A stretch of 64,000 nucleotides of DNA, from positions 17,982,001 to 18,046,000 of the forward strand of contig NC_045697.1 in the NCBI RefSeq assembly GCF_009834535.1, read 5' to 3'. The stretch comes from Camelus ferus (lineage: Eukaryota). Shown here piece by piece: positions 55,831 through 64,000 of the stretch. The first letter of the stretch is position 1. Each line of letters opens with the position of its first letter. The position numbers and the translations under genes were made by a program. The notes beneath the pieces were generated by a model. The model was not told where the DNA came from. It saw only the letters and a list, made by a program, of their open reading frames with translations, and searched no databases.

Positions 55831-58800
55831 GAGCCAATTATCACGAAAGTGGCTTCACAGCCCAAGGCCTGCAGATGTAGCCTCGAGACGGCATCCTGAA
55901 ACACCCAAAAGCAAGAATATGAAGTCTTCCTTTAATGATTTGCGATTTGGGGGCTCACTGCAAAAGCACATCTTTTTCAAGCCCTGCCCTGAAGTGCTGA
56001 GGCTTTTCTGTACTGCTGTCATCCCCACTGCTCCCTGTCCCAGATTTCCCGTGGACACCAACCCCTGCGGGGCTAGCTCCCTCCCTTCCTGCCTGAGGAC
56101 CAATCCCTCTGCCATTGTCTCACCTCCCTGCACAGAGACCCCCCCAGCTTGGAGTAGTCCCTCCCCCTCTCCCTGCCCTAGTCCCAACAACAAGCTTGGG
56201 GGCGGACATAGCAGCTCCGAGCCCACACTCTGCCACTCAGTAGCCATGAGACCATAACCAGGCTCCTTAACGTCTCGAAGCCTCATCTTCCTTACCTGTG
56301 GAATGGGGACAGTGATCCTATCCTGCTTGGGGTCCAGGTGAGGGCAAAGGAGATAATGTTCCCGGGAAGGGGTTGACGCATTCTGGCCCAGACCCACACT
56401 CAGCGAACTCAGCCGTGGTGACTCTCCCTTGCTTATGTGGTTAATTCCAGATGGTCATCACCGTCGCTTCATTGCTTTGGTTACATGTTTCTTTCTGGTC
56501 AAGGAAAATTTCCCCATTTAAGTATTGCCTCAGACATCAGCTCTGGCTTTGAACGCCCTCAAACTCTCAAAGGATGGACATTTTTCTCCACTGAGGGCAT
56601 TCATGAGACAATGCCACAGGGGCTGGTAGCAGCTGTCGGAGGCCTTTCTTAACCTTTTTGAAAAACATACGTGATGGTATTTTGGATCCAAGTCTGACTC
56701 CCCTCCCCAGTGAGGGCAAGGACTCTTGCTGTTTTGTTTGCTAATGTAGCCCAACCCCTGGCACATAGTAGGAGCTCAGTAAACTTTGTAGAATCATTGA
56801 ATGAATGAATATTTTCCCAATTTCCCAAGGAAAGCCTGGGGTTGTATCATTTCCTAATTCTGTTGCCATTTGATTCTCAGTGACTCTTAAAGCTGGTTAA
56901 GACAGAAGTGGAAACCGTATGTAGACTGAGTTGCAACCTGATGTTGGGTGGGGAACGATGGCCAATACCTCTTCCAGCCTGGCTCCTCTGCCCGGCACCC
57001 TTGGCCTCGCTCCAGTGCTGGCCCTTCTAAGGGGCTGAGCAGAGGAGAGGGGGGCTAAGGCAGAGCGAGGAGGGGGAGCCCGGAAGGGGTCCAGGATGGG
57101 TTTGCACTTCTTGGTAGGGATGGGGCAGGAGGACCAAGACTCAGGCACCAGGGTAAACTTTTTTTTTAATTTAAAGAAAGATGCTTTTCTGTCTCTCCCT
57201 TCTTTAACTTCTCTGCCTCTGGTCTCATTTTCAAACCCAACCCAGTCTTGCAAGGGCACAAAAAGAAGGGCTGAAAAGCTAACTTTCATTTTGTTCCCTT
57301 ACTGGTAAAGCTGGGCTTTCCAGTTGCCTTCTGTCACCCGGATCTGGACTCTGGCTTCACCTTTCTCCCTTGCATTGCCAGCTGCCCTCCAGCTGCTGTT
57401 GGCTCCTTTGCCATCGAGGAAGTTTGCACCCTGAGCGCTCGGCCCCCTTAGCGACAGTTCCTACAGTCTGAGCCGCGCCGAGGTGGGAATATGGGTGACC
57501 TTGTTTCCAGCTGGCTTCCCCACCTCCTGTCTTTACAGAGCTGTCATTTTCAGAAGCTGTAACTTTGTGCCCCCAGTGCTTTTAGTGGAAATCCTAAAGG
57601 CTCTGAAAAACGAGTTGTTTGTTATTTATTTTGGTAACTAAACTGGCATTAAATTGTGACCTGAATTTGGTGGCAAAATCTCACCTGAACTGAGGCTATT
57701 AATAGCTCGTATTTAGCCCATAAGTGTGAAGATGAGTATGTTTTGGTGCAGAAATAGGAATATGTCTAATTGTGTCATGCTATGTTCATATGTTTAATTG
57801 TGTGCTGTCCCAGACTCCCTGGGGGCATCACAGACCGTGCCACACTGCACTGCATGGACATTCTTAAACTGGAATCTTCTGGATTTCGACTCACAGCTGA
57901 CCCAGGGTTTGGATACGGGCCGTGGATCTGGGTGTGTCCAATGCAGGAAGGCAGTGGGGAGTAATGCCTTTTGGAGTCAGATGGCCTGGCTTCAGCTAGC
58001 AAGTACTATCTGTGCGGTCTTGGCAAGCCTTGTAACCTTCTGGACCCTCTGTCTCTTCATCTGTAAAACAGCGCCATGACTGTTCTTTCACAGCACTGGA
58101 CAAGGTCTGCCCTGGCTGTCTCACCACCTGCACTGCACCTCCCATCACATTCTTGCTGGTCCCTCTTCTTAGACCCACTTGCCCCTAGATGTCTCCATGC
58201 CTGGCTCCCACCTCACGTTCCGACGTCCACTGTGTTCTGAAGTCACCTTCCCACAGAGGCTTCCCAACCCTGCCGATGAGGCATTGACTCCCCCTACCCC
58301 TCACCCCATTCTCCCACTTTGCTTTTCCACCTAGCACATATCTCTACCTGCAATTATATTGTGTGACTGTTAGTTTTCTTGTAAACCGCCTGTTCCCCCC
58401 ACTAGCAGATAAGCTCTGCCAGGCACGGCTTCTTGGCCAGATTTGCGGCCACCTGCCTGGCACATGGAGCAGCCCCACTGGTGCCCAGGGAGGGGCAGAG
58501 AAGGGGAGCAGCACCCATGCAAAGGTGTCCTCAGGGAGCATGGTGATGGGCGATGAAGTCTCAAGGCCGGACGGACTCGCCCACCTCCCCGTACTCCTGG
58601 GTTCTGCCGGTTCCTCCCCAAGTCTCCTTGGAGTTGCTGAGTTCTTCTATTTAGAAGGGGTCAAAGGAGGCAGAGAGACTGCATGTGTGTGGGGTGGGGG
58701 ACTTCTGATGCAGGGAAACGGAAGGTGACTGGGGTTTTTGTCAGGACACAAGACCAAGCTGATCAGATATTTCCTTAAAGGCCTTTGAATGTGGACTTGG

Positions 58801-59399
58801 GAAAACAACTCAGAGGGCCATTGCTCTCTGCACCCATGGTGAAATTCTTGAAACCTTATGAATGGTTTTTTGCAGCAACCCCCAGAAACCTCCTGAGGGT
58901 GCAGGTAAGCCGAGGGCTCTGAGGGGAAACCAGGCCCCCCATGGGTGTGACAAATATGGGAAAAGCCTTTCCTGCTGGACGTGTGTCCTCAGAATTCCTG
59001 GTACCCGGGACTGGGCAGAGTTCCCTGGGGAGGAAGACAGTGTTTTCCTGAGTCCTTCTGCGGTGCTTGAAGCTGCTCCCTGATTAAGCAGAGAGCAGTC
59101 AAGTGTTCTTGGAGGCAGCCTGTGTACCAGGTGATTCTTAAAACAAACGGAAGCAGGTGCTGGATTTACCGAGAGGGCACTCTCCAATATTCCAGGGCAG
59201 TTGGGGGGAGAACCAGGAGCTCTCTCACAGAGCCGTGAGGGCAGGGTTTTCGAGGAGATTCCAAGTGTTAAGGGACACGTGAGTGAAGTTCTTTAATTAA
59301 AGGGCTGATTTGAAATACTGAGCCCAAGGGTCCCAGAATGAAATTCATTAAATATCAGAGACCTTGAGAATGTACGCAGGACGCCAGCAAATAGAACAG

Positions 59400-60125
59400 C
59401 ATGGCGAGTAATGTAGCGAGCAGCCATGGATCTGCTACTGGGATTATAAAACTTTACCCTTTTGCCAGATTTTCAAAAATAAAACAGAACATTATAGACA
59501 CAATTGGAGCCCTTACGTCTCCTCCCCCCCTCTCTGAATTTGGTTATTAATCCCAGGCATGTTTTCATATTATTAACACAAATATTGTCTCCACAAAAAA
59601 TTCTATTATTGTATATGTTGTTAAAGTTTACAGATCATTTATAATATAAAGTTTTTATTATATAACAACATATACTATGTATGGACATACATTATAAACT
59701 GTTACACGGTTATGTACAGCCTTCAGCAACGTACCTTTTTGTGTTCAATACTATGCTTTGAAGATTTACCCATGTTGATTCACAGAGCCATAGCTCAGTC
59801 ATTTCAAGTCTGTGGAACATTCCACAAGTTATTTATCCATTCTTCTGTCGATGGGCATTTAGGATGTTGTAAGTTTCTGCTCTTACAAGTGATACTTCAA
59901 TGAACATTTTTTTTTACCGGTGTCCTGTTCTTACTAGAGTTTCTTTAAAGTGTTTTTCCACGAACAGAACTGCTAACTCAAGAGGTCTGCAAATATCCAG
60001 CCTCACTTACTTTTGCGGGACTGGTCCCCAGCGGGTCAGTATGATCTACACGCGCACTAGCAGAGGGCAAGAGTCCCTGTCACACTGCATCCTCACCAAC
60101 TCTGGTGTTGCCCAAGTGTTTCCTC
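59400..60125 (-). mobile_element. Ancient L1 3' remnant
   Basis: agatttacccatgttgat...ttatttatccattcttctgtcgatgggcatttaggatgtt resembles the L1 at 46655-46700 but is far more decayed. Confidence 0.7.
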
Positions 60126-61649
60126 TCTTCGAGGTGAGGGTTCCAGGCCTTGGCCCCCCACAAGCTGACAGCAGAGGGTGGTCTACCAGCAACATTTCCA
60201 GAAGTTCAGGGAGGGAAGTGCTTGTTCTGTTCTCAGAGGGAAGCAGGGGCCATACTGTCCCTTCCTCCCTCGCCTTTGCCCTTTCCACCTTCACCCTGGA
60301 ACTCTGTGTGGGGCAGGCTGATCTCTATGGATAGAATCATCCCCGTTCTCTGGCCTTTGCCTTCCCCTTGGCTTTGACATGAGAGAGAGGCTGGGACAGG
60401 AGACCAGAGGATGAGAGGAGCAAGAGGTCAAGGTGTTTGTTCTGGCCACTCCCCGCCTGACCGAGGTCTTTGGTCTGAGTGCCCCCTGGGCCAGCCTTGG
60501 CTCCCCCTGGTTCCAGCTATGCTGTTCCCCCTCACCTCGCCCCTCCCCACTGACGCTGGTCTCTGGGGCTGCATCAGCTCACTGGCTCCCTAAATCAGCC
60601 CACCTGTTATAAACAGTCACTAAGTGTACCATCTCCATCCTTCCCGAAATGATACACTTTTGGATTTCGTAAATAGTTCTAATATTTATGAATACTGTCC
60701 TCCATCTAGTTTTTCCCATAAAAGGGGAAACATTGGGATACAACCAGGTGACACTGATAGCTGAATCAGGCCGTGAGCTAGCAGGCCACTCACCTGCCAA
60801 GTGACCATCCCACGAGCATTCAGATTTGAGCTCCAGCAAGATGACCAATGCTTTCACACCACAGACCTGTTGTGGGGGGCCCTTCTGTCCATGTTAAGTC
60901 TGTGAACTCCGGGGGGCTGCTGTACCTTCCTGAAAGGGTTGTTGTGGGAATAAGAGGAGATCATCTGGGTCAAAGGCAGAGAAGCTAGTGGCTCATCAGC
61001 TCCTTTGGATGAATTAGGAAAAAGTACCCCTCCCTTTGGGCACTCATGGCTCTGCAGGGGAGGGGGTCTGGCGGGCAGAGCCCTTCCTGGTGGGGAGCCT
61101 TTGTGCAGTCCGCAACTGATTCAACGGTATGCTAGGGCCCTGCTGAAGTCCTTACCCAGTGCCCTTACCCGATAGCGGTGACAGTCTAGTGGATCCCAGA
61201 TTCAGGCAGATCTAGACTCGAGTCCTGTCTATCTCCTAGTCCACCCCAGGGAGTTCTATGGCCCATCAATGAGTCCCCTAAACTCTTCATGTATTCAAGC
61301 TGTGTACAAGCAGCCTCTACTTGGGAGAGCTGCAGTGAGGACTGAACTGAGAAAATGTCTGTAATATGTATAAAACCACGTTTGGCACACAGTAGGTGCT
61401 CACCGAGTGCTATTGCTCTGACTTAGTTGCTGTTACTCTTATTTGCAATCAGTGTGGTCCCCACTTTGCCCTGTAGGTGGGATCTAGAGTCCCCCTGGGG
61501 AGGCGCCTATGTTAGGAGGCTGCTGTCATCTGGGGCCGGTGTTCTGAGATGATTTTCCTCCTCTGAAATCCTCCTGCTGTAATTACCCAAAAGACAGTTT
61601 TCCACTCCAAGACCAGCCTTGACACCATGACTTTTGCTTCTTAATGTCT

Positions 61650-61782
61650 GGCTCCTTCCTCCAAATTGCTTTCCTGTCCTCCTCTCTCCACCCCTCTCCC
61701 CTCCTTCCTCCCTTCTCTCCCTTCCTTCCCCATCCTTCTGTCCCTCTCTCTCCCCCTTCTCCTCCCTCCTCTTTCTCTTCTG
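61650..61782. repeat. Polypyrimidine/polypurine low-complexity tract
   Basis: More than 100 nt that is almost exclusively C/T. Confidence 0.85.
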
Positions 61783-62089
61783 AACAGCCTCTCGGCTGCA
61801 CAGACGTGGTGGGTGCTCGGTGTTCGGTGCAGGGATTGGAGAACTGTGCTGCCTGGGGGCCCAGAGCAGTACAAGGACTTCAGTCCCACTGCCCAAAGCT
61901 GTTAGTTACAGGTCACAGGGGGGAGGCGGGGGAAGCTGACTGCTGGGCTGGACAGAGGGGTCTTTCACGAGGAGGCCTCTGTCTAAGGGGAGAAACAGCT
62001 TCCCTGGATCGCTGGTCTCACTGTGACATTTGGTCTTCTGGAAAGAAATGACCACTCAGCCCCTCAGTGAGGCCTATGGCCTCCCCAGC

Positions 62090-62128
62090 CCCTGCCTGGG
62101 CCCTGCCCGGGCCCTGCCCGGGCCCTGC
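62090..62128. repeat. 11-bp tandem repeat (CCCTGCCCGGG), ~3.5 copies
   Basis: ccctgcctggg ccctgcccggg ccctgcccggg ccctgc. Confidence 0.85.
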
Positions 62129-62734
62129 TCAGCCTCTGCCCTAGAGGGAGAGTTCGGGGAAGAAGGAAGAGATAGTGAGGGGTTCAGGGGTGCGTGGAGT
62201 ACCCAGATTCTATCTTCTGCTCCCGGAGTAGGGGTCAGTCAAGGTCACCAGAGAGGGCAGTGGAAAGAAAGGGCTGGGACTCTGGGAGAACACGAGGACA
62301 CACGGTGCCTCACCTGTCAGCAGCCTCTTGGCTGGGTAGCTGTTTGATTCATTGTGGCATCTGGGCAAGGTGAAGCCCCACACTTTGTAAAATTGGTTCG
62401 AACTTGTGTAATCACATAGATGACTTGGTTTCTTGATGAACACTGTATTAGAAAGATCAAAGCCTTGTGGAAGAAAGATGAGGGTTTTCCTAAGCAGCCA
62501 GTGTGTGTTGAGGGGACGGGAGAGGAGGAAGTGGCTCCCTCCAGTGGACAGCCACAGTAATAGCACAAACTGGAGCAGTTTATTGAGCACGGAGTTGAGA
62601 GGTAGAGGAATATACAGGAAGAGCTGCAAATGTTGGCTTATTTCTCCTCCTGGGACCCCCTCCCCCCACCCAGCCGGCCCCAACCCAGCCTGGCACGGCT
62701 TCCTTGACCAATAGGCTTCTCTGCCCAACAAGAT

Positions 62735-62960
62735 ATTTTAACAAACATTCACTGTGCATCAGACCCTAAGTACTTTATCCAGAGTAACCCATTTAATTCT
62801 CATAGTAATCCTATGAAGTAAGAACTATGTTAGCAGCATTTTACAGAAGGAACAAAGGCACAGAGAGGTTGACTAACTTGCCTGAGAACACACAGCCAGT
62901 ATGTAGAGACACTGTGATGGAAACCACGGTCTGGCTGTAGAGTCTATGCCCGTGACCATA
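62735..62960 (-). mobile_element. MIR SINE
   Basis: catttaattctcatagtaatcctatgaagta...cattttacaga...ggcacagagaggttgactaacttgcctgag. Confidence 0.75.
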
Positions 62961-64000
62961 TCCCCAGTGGCCTTTTGGCCTCTGGTTTCCCCAGGTCTCT
63001 GGTTATGTTCAGGCGCTGATAAAAACACCTCCACCATCTCCATTATTACCTCTCTAGTCTTATAGTTGCCAAAGCCCTTTATTATTTCATATCCCTCATC
63101 TCACTTGGTGCTCTGCGAAGTAGGAAGCACAGACACCATTATCACCTCCTTTTTACAGATAAGGAAATGCAGGCCCAGAGAGGGACAGGGCGTACCCAGG
63201 GTGGCACAGCTGGTAAGGCTGGAGCTGAAGCTGCAGGCAGTTCCTCTGGCTGCGCTCCACCCTTCTTCCCGGGGCATGGCGAGGCCTCGTAGTAACTCCA
63301 GCGTCCGTTCCTCCCCAGGCAGGTCTGCTCCATCTTACCTCATATGTGCTCTCTGAACCAGTTTTCTCTGCTGTCTCTTGCTGACTTTCACACCCTCTTG
63401 CCCTGAGGGCCTGCTGGCCACCCTCTGAAATTGTTTCCATTTCACCCATTACCTTTGCCCTTTTGCTCCCTCCCCAGGCCTGAGATGGCCCGCTTCGGGG
63501 CCCTTTTCTCCTTTACCACATTCTCTGCAGGCAGACACCTGGCTGACAGGGTCTCAGGGTATCTTCTGGGGAGGCAGATGGGCTCCTTCAGAAAATATTT
63601 ATGAACCCATTCTTTCTCAAACTTTCTGTACCTCAGAGGCCCGCAAGGTGTTTGTTAAATACTCAGATTTCTGGACCCCAGATACTGAGTCAATTTATTG
63701 GGCATTTTATACAGTTGTCTGCAGTGGGTCTGATCTGGGGGTACCACAGCTGGAGAGAGAATGTTTCTGATGGAGTGATTCTGGTGTGGCTCCCCCGGGT
63801 ACAGGGCCAGGTCTCTGGCGGGGGGGGGGGTGGGGGCTGGGAGCTGCCCCTCCAGGCAGAGCCGTGGGAGGCGCTGCAGAACTCAGAGCTGCGGTGGGAT
63901 GTGGGTGAGGCGGCCGGAGGTGGGGCCGGGAGTTTCCCGGAACTGCGGTGGCTGTGGCCTGGCCCAAGTGGCCGTGTGGACAGGCTGCTGACCGATGCAG

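Noticed and set aside
59638..59665. AT-rich quasi-palindrome
   Set aside because: Low complexity within an old L1 remnant, where imperfect inverted repeats are expected by chance.
60055..60072. CTCF-like CTAGCAGAGGGCAA
   Set aside because: It has a mismatch in the core CC and lies inside a decayed L1, where ccagcag is ordinary consensus.
50700..64000. Numerous 60-195 aa ORFs in the downstream region
   Set aside because: They overlap on both strands, show no recognisable domains or consistent exon structure, and many lie in repeats or low-complexity tracts. This is expected in GC-richer DNA.

Overview
This is mammalian genomic DNA, most likely camelid (camel, alpaca or vicuna), judging from three Vic-1-like tRNA-derived SINEs. 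The window holds the last coding exon and 3'UTR of ZCCHC4 (+ strand, CDS 1121-1256) and the complete ANAPC4 gene (APC/C subunit 4, + strand). ANAPC4 has a CpG-island promoter at about 9.85-10.45 kb, a probable non-coding exon 1, and 28 coding exons from ATG 10191 to TGA 43855. I spliced these by hand: all introns are GT-AG, all phases match, and the CDS is 2427 nt, giving 808 aa plus stop. The last ~20 kb is intergenic, visibly more GC-rich and repeat-dense (L1, L2, MIR, LTRs, DNA-transposon fossils). Nearly all ORFs in the supplied track are spurious, shadow frames, or repeat-derived. I found no novel multi-gene system. The most notable observations are: (i) a short antisense L1 3'-end insertion whose target-site duplication copied the ANAPC4 exon-26 splice donor; (ii) two GTAGTA tandem donors in ANAPC4; (iii) a divergent pair of CTCF motifs downstream; (iv) a MER5A fossil carrying a microsatellite that abuts the promoter; (v) near-identical perfect DR3 and DR4 nuclear-receptor elements; (vi) three L2 fossils retaining endonuclease motifs. 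Gene identities, human comparisons and repeat family names come from my recollection of known sequences, not from searches, and repeat boundaries are approximate.
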